Shown here: positions 49,502 to 64,000 of the stretch, in pieces | Numbering within the stretch: the first letter of the stretch is position 1 | Layout: every line of letters begins with the position of its first letter | Source: Magallana gigas | Taxonomy: Eukaryota | Direction of reading: 5' to 3' | Assembly: GCF_963853765.1 (NCBI RefSeq) | Contig: NC_088860.1 | Location: 9,548,001 to 9,612,000, forward strand | DNA length: 64,000 nucleotides | The notes under the pieces: model-generated | The model's database searches: none | What the model was told of the DNA's origin: nothing | The model's input: only the letters and a program-made list of their open reading frames with translations | Made by a program: the position numbers and the translations under genes

Positions 49502-52333
49502 AAATTCGAGGTCCCTTGGAATATCTACCTATGCTCCCCTCTATCGGTGTTTTAATTTTGGTGGTTTGATATAATCAAAATTCACCGCATACGGTGACTC
49601 GGCTCAATATCTAACGCTCAGAAAAATTTGACTATTTGATCTTTCAAATTAAATGACTTTAATTGTGTTTTCTTTCCCAAATGGATCACGGGTTGGTATA
49701 AATTTCTTCAATTTCAAAAGTTGCTCTTTCATTAAAATATTCCTTTGTTTGATTCACGGAACAATGTTTGGGACTTTAATATTTAAAGAGTAAGTCAATT
49801 CATTATCTATTGTCCACTAATCCATTTGTAATTGACCTAGACCAAACACTAAGCTCGGTAAATGGTAAATCTAGCAGGATTCTAAAACATCAAAAGACAA
49901 TAGAATGAAGAGAACTGATACCAACTTAGCCCTAACTACGACATGTCTCTGCAGCGCTCCTGTACTCCTTTTATTTTTGTATTCCTATGTATTTAATTCG
50001 TCGAAAAATTAGAGCTCACAAGCTGACTTAAGTTTACATGTTTATTCAATTTTAGTTTATTTGTATCAAACAATCTTAAACTAAAACTTTTCTAATCAAA
50101 CGTATCAGACAGAATATTGCTTTTAATTCAACAAACATATGTATAAAGGTTTACAGATCAAAAAAGGTGGGAATATATAGAAAGTAATTTTCGTAGAATC
50201 GGAAAAATCAATCTCTTTGATGTATAAATATTTCTAGCAGAATTTATGACCTTTTTGTTTGTCATTAATTGATTCTCGTAAAACAAAGCGAACACTTAGG
50301 GATCACTTTTATATTAGATATTTTATCATGTAAGAGGAATGATACAAATATTTCAGTAACTATGACGTTAACATCAAGTCAAGGTCTGCAAAGGTACCAC
50401 AACACGATTCTAAAAACAAGAAGCTTGTGTTTTTACGCTGAACATACCTCAGTTTTATCGGAACTTAGACTTCCCGATCGCGATTCTTTGCTGCTTCGAC
50501 CCATTGTTTACAAATATAGATGCATGTATCCGCAATCCTAAGAGTTAAACACCACTGCCTCTCTCCCTTAATACCCAAACACAAGTGACCAAAGACTGAC
50601 TTCTGAATTAGAAGATTCTGTGTAAGCTTGCATGAGCCAGCGATTAGCATATGTAACCCTCTGAGCGGTATTATTGTCTGTGTATTTAAAACGGTCTCTC
50701 CGATTAATGTATTTGGATGTTTAAATGGATTAGATATGGAAATAATAATAGAGTCACTGTGTACATCCAAGGGATCTTAGAAGTTTGGTGAGAAATCGGG
50801 CTAAGCTGCCGTCCTTTGTATCTATATAACGGGTTGTCCAAGTGACCAAGGGTCAAAGCAACGTAACTAACGATTAAGTATTATTTCAAAACTCGGACCG
50901 ATAATGGATCAAAACCGAATAAAACAAATTAGAGATAAGACAGATATTCGGAGCTGAGTGATTCACTTCTTTTGTCGGGTACTGGGAGTCGAAAAGAACA
51001 ATTAAATCTACATATCTTGGTCGGCAGCGGGTTTTTATTGAAACCGATTTTCTCCCTGACTACACTCAAGAATACGGACTTCAATTAGGACGTAAGCTAT
51101 GTAGATTTCATGTAAATAAAGAGTTTGTCTTTCTATAACAGAAAGCTAGCCAAGGTCCTTTTCCTATAACCGTTACGATATGATCTGTACATGTATAGTC
51201 TAGGACACTCACTTCAATGCAGCTGATTGAAATGCTATTCAACTTTTAACAAACATTTTAAAATTCCTAACCAATGTTCACGTTATGTTGCTAATATTTT
51301 GGTTTCTTTTACATACAGTGTGTGGTCCTAACTTCAAATACATCGCACGCACGCCGTATAGCTTGCTAATTTATATAAATAAAACTCAATGGAAATTGGT
51401 GAAAGCGCGCTGTTCTTTAATTTTCACTTTATACGTGTTTGCATGCACCTGTATGCAGAATAATAATAAACAAAAAATCTTGTTGCTCCGTTCAATGTCT
51501 CACTATTCAGGTATCGATCTTTGCCAAATTTTATTGTAGATTTAGACAAGGACTCCGTGTGAAAGTTTAGACGTGTATTGTGAGTATTCGATGCCTTTTG
51601 TGGGTCCGTCAATTCTTTAAAGAGCGAGACGTCGAGCTCATAAAAAATTATTTGAAAAATAAACTTTTATATCTTATGAGTAATTCTGATTTTTATCTTT
51701 TGTAGAACATGATTAATGATGTTTGAAATGTCCCAATTTTAAAAAATTGCTCAAAACGACAATGGATGATTCATTTATAGAGATTTACTTTTTTCAGCTT
51801 TGGGACTATTTAAGCGGTATTTTATTGTCATCAAACAAAATAGCCGATTAAAGAAATTTGTGATCATCCAAAACTCTAAAGTGTATTTTTTGAAAAGAAG
51901 GTGTTGCAATCCCTATGCTAATTTTCCCTAAAGGAGTTGCAGATAAAATAGAGAAATCAAAGTTACAGAATTCGATGTAAATCTTTTTTTCATGCAACGG
52001 TGTACACAAAGCAGCGTAGAATTTTATTTGGAAAGTTTGTACCAACTTATTTTAAGACCATGAAATAAATTTGAAAATGGTTACACAGACAAATGTGGCA
52101 GAATTCACGCTATATAAAAGGGGAATCCTCATTATTGTGAAAAAATGCCTCCTTGAAACAAAATTAATTTAATCTTAACGTTTGGAGTAAGACATTTTCT
52201 TGAAAACTGCCATTTCCGATTTTTGTTTCAAAGAGGCATATCTTTAATAAATCTGACTTTTGGAAAAAAAAATCATTAATATCTTTGAAATCTAAAAACG
52301 ATTATTAAATTTTCCCTTCTTAATTCATGTCTA

Positions 52334-52405
52334 GGATAGTCGAGTGGTAACGCAGTTAGAATAGACTTTAACCGTGTCTTATATTTTTGACTGGGTTCGA
52401 ATCCC
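52334..52405 (+). mobile_element. tRNA-derived (SINE-like) head within repeat-derived sequence
   Basis: A-box-like TAGTCGAGTGG (52337-52347) and B-box GGTTCGAATCC (52394-52404) at tRNA-like spacing; no convincing acceptor or anticodon stems. Confidence 0.35.
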
Positions 52406-55400
52406 GAAAAAGTTGGAATTTTTTAAAGATTTTATTTCTCTTAATCGCATGGAAAGGCAATGTGTAAAGATAATTTAAGAATGTCAGAATAAAGTTATTT
52501 AAACGCGTGTCAATGTAATAATGTGCATGTCAGCTTATTTTCAACATTACTGTGTGAAGTCCCCGTCATAAACTTGAAAATCATTTTCTTCTGAACAAAA
52601 GATTTTAAAACAATGTACTTAGTATGCATCAATGTAGAAAGTTGATTTTTCACCCTTTTTATGAAATAAACGGATATGCAGATTTCAAAGTTATACATGC
52701 ACAGGTTGTTAAAAGCAAACAAAATCATTTTAGAAAGTTTGAATCGGTGATGAAGCAATAGGTTACTGAAAATATGGACGGAAAATTGTACTTTTTTACT
52801 AGACTTAGCATTTATTTAGATACTATAGAAACATAGGATGATTATAATTACAACTCTGACGGTTTTGAAGAGCCAGAATAAGATTTATTTATGTATCTCA
52901 AGAATGATATTTTAAACACGCTGGACAGTAGATATCAAATTGAGATATGTTAACATTCTAATACAGAAAACATGTATATGGTTATCTTTCTAACTGTATT
53001 TGTTGGCTGCCGTGTTCGATAGAAATGCGCGTAAAATGTTTGTTTATTTTGCCTCCGTAGGGAACATACCCGCTATGCAAATATAGTCGTCTACGTAATG
53101 TGTCTATATTTAGATGTGGCTCTCAAGCGATACGGATAATTAAAGGCCCTTACCACGTTAGGGAATAGTTCCACTGTTTTGCAACACCTTCTTTCGCAAA
53201 TCGTTTCGTGATACAATTACTTAATAAGTAGCATTCAGATTTCCATGTCGTACCAACTGATGCAAAAATCAAGTGAACAAATTAAAATTGCAGGGGGTGA
53301 TATCAGTTTTGACATGCAGGAAGTCTTTAAATTCCATCGGATATGCAACGAAAAATTGTAATGCGTTGACGTGTTTTTCAAATCGAAGACCTTGTCCTCA
53401 AATTCGATAAAACAGTTTAATAAGAAGATTATATATAAACGAGAGAATACTGGGGGTATGCTCTGTTTATGTCTTTCAATGATTGGAATTATACAAGAAT
53501 AAAAGTCCTGTCTCATACTATTATGTCACTGTTTAATAAAAGTTTGGCAGTTCATTTCTTCCTAGACATCGTTTAATATCTATGTATCATATGTTAATAC
53601 AGACAGCCATTATGCAATGCACACGCTTGCTGGATTTGCTCCGTAAAATGCAATTACTTTTACTATTGCAAGCACAAGTATCGATTCTTATCTTTTTTTC
53701 AGTATACTGCACATGGCGACCAGCAATAACACTGATCAGATGAATGATTGATAAGAGTGATCGACTTTCAACTTAATTGAAGAACATTTGAATGACCATC
53801 TTAATTTTTCTTTCATAATCTCGGCATTTTATCAATTTTACAGATATTGCATTAAGACACATGTTCTCTGAGTTTGAAGACTTGAATAGGAACTGTCAAA
53901 CGATACAAGTTATAGATACATGTACATATTGATAAAAACGGCACCAAAAATCATCAAATATTAATTCATAAAGAAACAATGGACTTCCCTGATCATCATT
54001 TAGCTGGATAGGGGTGCGTAATCTACATTGTATTTTATATCTGTTTATTCAGATAGAGGTGAATTTGTAACCACAGTTCCAACATAAGGGGCGGGGGCGA
54101 GAAAAAATCATACTGATCATTCTGATAGGGGGCACAGTCTCAATAGTTAGATGAAACATATATCGAGCTGCAAACTCATGTCAAGAAAATTTGACCAAGA
54201 GTACACGAAGAAATAAAACAAATACCAAATCAAATTTCAACAGAACAACGATGCCTTCAGATTTATAAATGCTGCTTTCAAAATTTTCTATCGAAAATAA
54301 GTAAGGGGGGGGGGGGCGAACGGGTCAACAAAGCTTGACCTTTCCCTTTTAAACCATTGATCTTTACTGTTTACCGATTTCATAAATATGACGTGAACAG
54401 ACACAACAAAAATCAGAATGGGGGTATGAAAGATGAAAAGGGTGGGACGAGAAACAGCTGATTTCTGTCAAACGAGACACGGTGCTGGGTCACTGTATAT
54501 GTCACTGTGTATGTCATTCACTGTAAGAGAGTTCATTAAAAACTCGATGCTAGGTAAGTGAATGGTAGACCTATAATGCTATTCGGATAAGCCACTTAAC
54601 ACCTACTTATATCGCATTAATGAACAGTTTAAATCCAATATACTGGCCAATAGCAGAAATGACTTTTGTCTATAACACAAAGGATTAAAAGATATGTTTT
54701 GCTTACTACTTACTAAATTCATCCCCTGTTTGATTCAATGCCAGGTCTGCTCAACGAGTCTTGGTCTAAATAAGCTACTGTTGGTTTCATATTCAACGAA
54801 TGTGTTTAAAGAAATATGCATGCCTGTTTACTGCTTATAGAGATACACAACATGCTTTAAACTGATGCAGTGTTTACCTTATCTAGACAAACACGTGTTT
54901 TCTTAGTAAAACTTGTTTCGAAATTCAAGGATTTCAAAACTTATACCTCTTGAAAATTTTGTAAATGCATGCTTAAAACAAAATTCAACGGAACGGCAAA
55001 GTTTACGTCACAGCATTGCATACTATAATAACGTATCGCTAACAATATTATACCTCAAACTATTAGCAATCATTTTCTAACTACATCCTTTAGATACAAA
55101 AGTTTTTAAAACATGAGGCACAAATGGTCAAATCAACAACAGGCAAATAATATTCCTTCCAATTGATATATGCTATTCGAAGGATTTCTAACCCCCAAAA
55201 TTACCAAAATAGAAATCTTTCCTGATTAAAAGAAAACTATACAGTTCCTACCATGCTATCTTCCAAGCCGTTTTCCTTCATTTTGGAATTCTGTTTGGAA
55301 TTCTGTTAATTCCCAGGAAGAAAAGAGTTCCAAAGAATGTTAGAGTGCTCTTTTGTTAGATCTCCTTGACCAAGTTGACTTTAAATAGTCTACAGAGTGA

Positions 55401-57328
55401 TTGGAATCCTAAACAGTATGGTAACATGAAAGCTTTCTACGATAAGAAAAGGAATGGTTTTTTGAATTGGGATTATTTAAAATCAGAGAAGAAAGAAAAC
55501 TGAGAATTGAGTAAAGTACCACATTCCGTCTTCTGCAAATTAACACGGACCCCCAACATTCCAAAAAGGTTGGACACACTTTTAATTCTTTCTCGATTTT
55601 CTTCTATCAGAGAGGGGAATGGATATCTTTGCTATTTGCAGGACATAAAAATGGATGAGATAACCCATGACCATTGAAGGAGGTTATATATAATAAGAAT
55701 ACTTGAAAAATACTAACCTCTGAGGAGTTATAGCTGGGCATCCTAAATCCCGCCGGTGCACCGGACATTCACCGGAAACGCGCCAGTTTTGAACAAGAAC
55801 AAAGGGAGCAGATTTTGTGGGGGACTCTCATTGAGCGAGTGTCAAGCGATGCCGATGATTCGATTGTGTCGATAGCTTACATGACCAAGGTTTGGGTAGT
55901 CTGAACAGACTTATAATTCCTTTGTCATCAACGTCATTTCAGCTGCTATTAAATGTCTACGTTCAACAATCAACCGTATCAGCCTTTAAATTCAACTCCA
56001 AGTAGAAATACAAATTCATAAAACGTATTAAACTCAGTGTAAACAAATTACCCATTTGAATGTGTGAAAACACTTAAAACTCTTTTTCTGCCAATATCTT
56101 ATTAAAACAGTCAATTTCACGCACAAATGTAAGAATCAACGGTAAAGGAAAATCGAGTGCATGTAATATAGAAGCTAAGGCAGAATTAGGCATTGAAACC
56201 ACAGTCAGGGTCTTCTTTCTAAAAGGCAAACCGCGATCCCTTAAAGTTGTTAAAACTTAGTGCATATTTAAAGAAGAACAGGGCGCCTCATATCCTAACA
56301 ATCGAAAACAATGCACAGCTAAGATTTCAATCTTCACTTAGACGAGTGCTAACGGACGAATGCGACCGACACTAATTAAACATTTTTAAGACCAAATTGT
56401 TTTGGGGTTTTTTTTCACTTTTTTTTTTTTACCTTTAGCACATTGCTTTATTTATGAGTTTTAACCAGGTGTAAAAGGTTTTAATTTAACATCAGATTTT
56501 GTTGTTAAGGAATAAAACATCAAACAGTTTTTCGCTGTCGTTAACAAGTTTTTCCTTTTGCAAACCCTAACATAGCCTGCTATTGTAAAAACCTTTTACA
56601 ATCCGAACATGTCCGAAATTCTTTTGATGCCGGGAAGAGTTTATTTGTCACTGGGCTGATGATGGCTATGTTTAAAATATCAACAAGAAGTTGTTATTTT
56701 AAAGCAAAATATTTATTAGGTACTTCATGTAACTGAACTTGTTTTCCCCCATCTTTTTGTGATAAAGTGTATAAAACACTATTTTTAAAAAGGATCGGAT
56801 ATTTTTTTTAATGATATACAGTAATGATATTTTAGATAATGTTATTCATTGTGTTATACTTATCAATAAGTCAAAAGGAAAATTCCTTCTTGGTTGAGAA
56901 TTTGGAATAGGTGACATAATCTTTATGAAATTTATGAGCATCCTATCTTTTTAAAGTATTCATCTCTGATATATTTATCTAAAATTTGAATTCTTATTCA
57001 CCAGAACCCAGTGGCTTGATTGTATGTGATTTAAAGCACGTAAGTATACAAACTACATATAATTCTTCATTGAAAGTGTTTGTGTCCAAAGGGAGGTAAG
57101 AGGTCTAACGATGCACATGAAATATAATGTAAACCATGAAAACTAAAACATCCTATTCATGATCGATTCGTTGTGGATTAACTACATGCCTTATTCTCTA
57201 TGAGGATTGTGGTCACCCTTTTCTGCCCTATACATCTATTAGACCGAATAGACCACTTTAGAAACGTGGGCCCATTTAGTTAGTTGATTCATTTAGGTCT
57301 CTAAATAAATTTAATTACAATTAAAAAA

Positions 57329-57331
<3 letters not shown>

Positions 57332-57392
<61 letters not shown>
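57332..57392. repeat. (CT)n microsatellite
   Basis: About 30 CT units with one interruption. Confidence 0.95.
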
Positions 57393-57393
<1 letters not shown>

Positions 57394-58299
57394 TTTGTAA
57401 ATCTAGGGAAAGATAATTTTTCCGGTTTGAGGGGGGAAGGGGGGGGGGGGGGGTGTAGACCCTGATCTTGAGGGGAAAAAAATTGGATCCGCGCCTGTCG
57501 AAGACTTCTGACAAAGCACGTGTCAGGATCGATAACTCTTCCAGTTTTCTTCACGGCTCACCACAAACTTTGCTCCCTGCACTGAAATATATCAAATAAT
57601 CTTCTTAAACAAAATAGCTATTAATATCAGTCCAACTTTTAATGAAGGCTCTATCAAATTAAGAGAACATTGATATTTTTTTCATCTGATCCAGAGCTGG
57701 AGCGAACTGATCAAAAGTTATTTGTTTGATCCTTTATAATGTATTTTTGTCAAGTTAGCATTTTGTAACTTCTCAGGAAGAATAATATAAAAAAATTGCT
57801 TATGCATATGTATTCCAACCCCATCAGTCAGATATGGGTCACAAGAGAATGGGGGTTTGATTTTAAATAGAACACTATAAAAATCTTGAGCGAAAAATGG
57901 AATTCATAATTTGTAAAATTGATCATAAGGTATGGGGAAAAGTATAGTTTTATTATACGAGGTATTTTAAGGGGTCCAACATTACTAAGAGGGGCTATAT
58001 ATGTACATACGTTTTGCAAAACCGACAATGTATTTTGATGAATATCCAAGTCATAAATGCAAAAGGTTATTGATGTACCAGCCTACCAAAACTATAATTT
58101 TCTCTGCTGAATTGAATTTGTAGTGGAAAAATATTTAAGAAATTGTGTATATATTTTTTAGATATCACATACATGTAATATATTTGAGAGATATTTCGAT
58201 ACTCATTTTCTATTATTTTATTGTTATTAAAGCCCATAGAACGACCTGCTCTATACATTACGTAAGTAATGACACATAATCACATAAGTCATAACAAAA

Positions 58300-58891
58300 T
58301 TGACCCTCTCATTGTGTCCCCACTTTACCCCTGTTGATCATGATTTGAACAAAATTGAATCCTATCTGAGGGTGTTTCCACACAAGGTACAGCTTTTATG
58401 ACCGGATGGCATGGTTTTTGGGAGGAAGATTTTAAATGTTTTTTTCCTATAAATTCCTCTGTAAAAATAAGACCCCCTCTATTGTGGCCCCACCCTACCC
58501 TAGGGGTCATGATTTGATCAAAACTGAATTTACATATCTGAGGATGCTTCCACACAAGTAACATTACATGTATCTGTTTTTATGTGGTTTTTGAGAGGAA
58601 GATTTAAAAATTATTATCTCTATGTATTCCTATGTAAAAAAAAAAATCGACCCCATTGTAGACCCACCCTACTCCCGGGGATCATGTATTGAACAAATTT
58701 GAATCTACACTACCTGAGAATGCTTCCACACAAGTAACAGCTTTTCTGGTCAATTGGTTTTTAAGAAGAAGATTTTTGAAATAATACCAACGAATTTTGA
58801 ATAATTCTTAATTATCTCCCTTTAAAAAAAGACATTGTCCTCGTTTTAAGTTTTAGCACACGTGAATTCCCTTTATTTGATAGTGCTATGA

Positions 58892-58934
<43 letters not shown>

Positions 58935-59036
58935 TCAAAAATGTTAAAAGTTTACAGACGGACAGACAGAAAGACGGACGCCGGACAAAAAGTGATCAGA
59001 AAAGATCACTTGAACTTTCAGCTTAGGTGGGCTTTA
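58300..59036 (+). mobile_element. Helentron/HINE-type non-autonomous element carrying three Cg170-like satellite monomers
   Basis: Monomers recur at 58311, 58481, 58655 (ATTGTGGCCCCACCCTACCC...GGTCATGATTTGAACAAA...GAGGATGCTTCCACACAAG; 170-174-nt period), followed by a GACA/GACG microsatellite (~58956-58980) and terminal hairpin AGTGATC-AGAAAA-GATCACT (58991-59010). Confidence 0.75.
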
Positions 59037-62000
59037 ACAGAGAAATTACAGAAAAATGTGAAAGAAAAATATTACGGTTATTAAAGCTAAATGGGGTTTT
59101 TCCCCAGATATCACAATTTTTAAAAAACTTTGATAAATGTATAAATTCATATAAACAGAGGGATTCTTCGACTAATGCTTTAATATTTTTAGTATCATAT
59201 CACATGTGGGTCATAGAGGGGTCAGACTTAAGGATCGAGACCTAATTTTATCTATAAATACTTACATGTACTGTTAGATTTTCGGCCTACAGTATCATAC
59301 AGACAGTGATATCAGAACTTAATTGAGGGCTTTTAAAATACACTCCTGTGCAACTTAGTAACTAGCATGAATAAGAAACCACTGTCCGAAGTCGATGCTA
59401 CACCAAAAACGAAATGAAATTTTATTTTTAAAAAAGTTTGACATTTTTCTTATATAAGTATCATGTTTTAATTTTTGTCGCATCTTTTATTGAAAAATAT
59501 TAACAAATAATGATAACACTCAGATCTAGGAAGATTTCTGTTAATAAAAAATTAGAATGCTTGCAACGAAAACACCTTTTTTCGGTCTATCTGAAAAAAA
59601 TATCATATAATATTGTTACATTAAAAGTTTAGACTTTATCAAGTTAAACTTATCTATAGCAGTCAAGATAATTAATTATAAACAATACACTGTAGGTATT
59701 GCGACATCATGTTTCATAAGAGATATTTTCCAAATACGAGTTGGGTGTTTTGGGCCACCTGAAACGCTTGGAACTACACATCTAAAGTGATCAAATGCTG
59801 TTCTAAATACACAGTTGTAGATGGTAAGAAAAGCAGACGGGAAGACACAAATAATTAGGTACATGTTGGCATCAAAAGTCGAAACTGATTCTGAGTAATA
59901 ATATGGCTAGAAAAAATATGCACTTTACTGTTTAAGTACTGAATGACACCTAAAAGTATGTGTTTCTAATATCACCTGTAATTTTATCTCTGTGACCAAA
60001 CCAAACTTTGTTTACCCTCCTGCTCAAATGATGCATTTGGCAAGAGACTCATGCTGGTAAAAGGATATTAGCGACAAGGGAAGTTTCTAGGAAACGAAAA
60101 TTTTAGAAATATTCATGCGAGCTCGAACCTGTTTCATCATACTTTACAATAATGACCCTCCTTTACGGATGCAAGTATTTTTACGACATGCCATCAATCA
60201 AGCTGTGCCTTTTCGAAGAGCCACTTTGTGGCCAATATGTTTAACATCAATAATTAATAGGTGATAACTGCTGGGAACTGGAAGGCATGACTGTGACGTT
60301 ACGGAGAAAATAGAGCTCTTGTTGTCGCTGACAAAATGACTTTGGATACCCTTATCTGAAGGAGTTTTATATCAGACTTCATATTGCTCTTTGTTTAACA
60401 AACTTCATTGAGATAAGCAAATATGTTAGCATGTTGCAGCATTCTCATGATTCTTTCATGGCTGGGTACCTTCAAGATAAAAGTACTACTCGCTCATTTT
60501 TTGGTTTCTACTTGTTCAACTGGTAAGGGGAATAGATAGACTGAATTTTAGTATATATCGCTTGTATTATTCAACATCTTGTATGGTATAACAATAATCC
60601 ATACGTGTATTGTATTTCTATTAAAAAATTAAATCGGTGATTTTATTTTAATTTGTAAAATTAAATTAAGTTGAATAAACAAAAGAGTGGTTCTAAAACA
60701 TTTTTTTTTAAATATTAGATTTCAGACTAAAAAGAAAACAGCACAAACATATTCTCAACTGATAATGTACAAGATTTGATAGTAGAAAATTAAGATTTAA
60801 AAAATCCAAAATTTTAGAATTTAACAAAATGAAAATGAGTTGACCACATTTTTAAGAAAAAGATTTGGTACTCCACGAGACAGACAATCAAATATTTTTT
60901 TTTAGCAAAACCCGATTCTGTACAAAGCAGTTTTTTTCTCTGTTGTAAGGGATTAATTATAATAAATTCCTTTTTCATCTTCGCAATAAAAGGACCGTGG
61001 GTTGAAATCAACACAGACTTATTTACCATATACTAGGGCTTTAATACATTTTTTCTATTTAATAAATATGCATGGTTGATGAGTTGATTATTCTCTTTTT
61101 TAAAGTTATAATAATTTTGAATTTCCAAAAATTACAACACATATATTATTCATTTCCATAACAAAAATATTTATTTCATTACGGTTTTGTACCGTTTGTT
61201 ATTTTAATCTATGGCTTAAAAAATGAATAGTATTATTTCAAAAAAAATCTGTAACTACATGTGTAGTTAAATTTGGTTTGCTATACATCCCTTGTTCATC
61301 AAAAAAACCCTACATTTGATTCTTCATAGGAAAAGAGAAAAAAAAAGACCCCAGACAAGCTTAAAAACATCTGGCGAGGAAATGAAATATTGCTATTATA
61401 AAGACAAGGTGAGGAAAACATAAGTATGCATCTTGCAGGTTTTCGATTTTCTTTATTACAGACAAGGACATAAATCTATCAATTCTCATAATTTGCAATC
61501 TGTATACGTAATTTTTCATACCATACGCATTTTCTGCAAACTAAAGGCTTAATGAATGAATAAAATAACGCAATAAAAAAGAAATACTATTTGTCTTTCT
61601 CATTTATAATTATATTTATTGATAGGAACACACCTTAACAGGCACATATCACGTGTCCCCGAGATGGATATATAGGCATGGCAAGTATTGAATGAATAAA
61701 ATCGCCATGGACTCTTGATTAAATCCATATCGGCTTTTTTTTTCTTCTGATTTCTTCTGATTTCTTAACAGGTTTGCAAATCCTGTGTAATTTTTTCTTA
61801 TGCATTCTCCAAATGTTCTCGTAAATTAATTCAGGGTCTTAATTTTTATCGAGAATCATAAAGGTAACAAAGTATAACAATGTACGGACATTTCGTGTGG
61901 CTCTAATTTAATTTCCGAGACTTCACTTAACTTATTACGGAATTAAGAAGTCTTTTCTGAGCCTCAATGAAATACGTGTTTCATTTCCGGAACCGCATTC

Positions 62001-62195
62001 AAAGACCCAGACAGTACTTTATTGTGAGAAATGAGAAGCTACCAACGTTGAACAAAAATTCCAATACACATTGAATTTTTTTGAAAGCTAATTGCCAAGA
62101 ATGCAAATGTCACTTCTCACAGTTCGGACATCCGTACGTGAATATAGTCTACATTCACAGAATAAGCATCCAACAAAAAGTTAACTTGAGTAAAA

Positions 62196-63265
<1,070 letters not shown>

Positions 63266-64000
63266 CTTTGGAATTTTATATTTTCCCGAAAATTGTCTGA
63301 CCTTGGTGTTAGTTTCACAAAAGTCTGCTGAAATCATAACATAATGTCCCACAATATTTTAAGAGCACATTGTGTATTGGATATTTATTTTCTGCATGTG
63401 ACATTCACCACGCCCCCTCTAGTTTATCTCGGACCGGATTGGTTCCATGCTTCACTAAAAGGCTTTTATACAATGTGAGAGATAAGATGGAAAATAATCA
63501 AAAATCCAGAAGAGTGAAAAAGTTTCAAAAACGTCATGATACGGAACATTTTTTTTTCTCTTTCCAGACTTAGCGGGATCGAAACTGCTCTGCATTTCCC
63601 TTCTGGTCAAAAACTCAAATAAATATAAACCATTTGAAGACCGCGGGATGAAAGTTAATCTGCAGACAGGCTGGTATTTAATAAAGTGAGCGTATAATTT
63701 ACAAGTAGAAACGGTAATGGATTAGTAAGTGTTGATTAAAGTCCTAATCCTTTCGGGGTTAATTTGTTTACAGTGTAAAGAGTTTGTACCACAACAGACA
63801 CAGCGTGTGATATAAACAGTTTATCTTGGAAACAATTTACAGAATTTCCTTGTATATATTTCTAACTTGCAATAATGAATGGATCTCGACAAACAGTCAA
63901 TCCCTCTCGTCTAAGTGTTGTTTGCAAATTAGCACAGCCGTCCGTTTTCCGGTTTTAAAAAAGCAAGACTCGAAGTAAACTCTTGATGGTTATCAAATAT

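Overview
AT-rich eukaryotic (animal) genomic DNA, most likely an oyster-type bivalve. That taxon call is an inference from Cg170-like satellite monomers inside a Helentron-type element, Kolobok MITEs and an HSPA12 gene. Four intron-containing genes could be built by hand with GT-AG, phase-consistent exons: (1) a tandem-PH-domain TAPP/PLEKHA1-2 orthologue on + (10054-21076, three alternative C-termini); (2) an HSPA12 on - (35434-28733, 9 coding exons, about 1494 aa, with a ~900-aa disordered N-terminal extension); (3) a MIEAP-like C-terminal-domain protein on - (49415/48903-39464, with a probable internal alternative first exon); (4) the NK homeobox gene NKX3-2/bagpipe on - (63265-62196). There are also two orphan gene candidates (minus strand 4233 to about 70; plus strand 26481-26768), several non-autonomous DNA transposons, hairpin insertions with target-site duplications, a modular foldback element, and micro/minisatellites. 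No rRNA, complete tRNA or CRISPR array is supportable. All coordinates and counts were read by eye, and family assignments rest on recalled motifs, not database searches.
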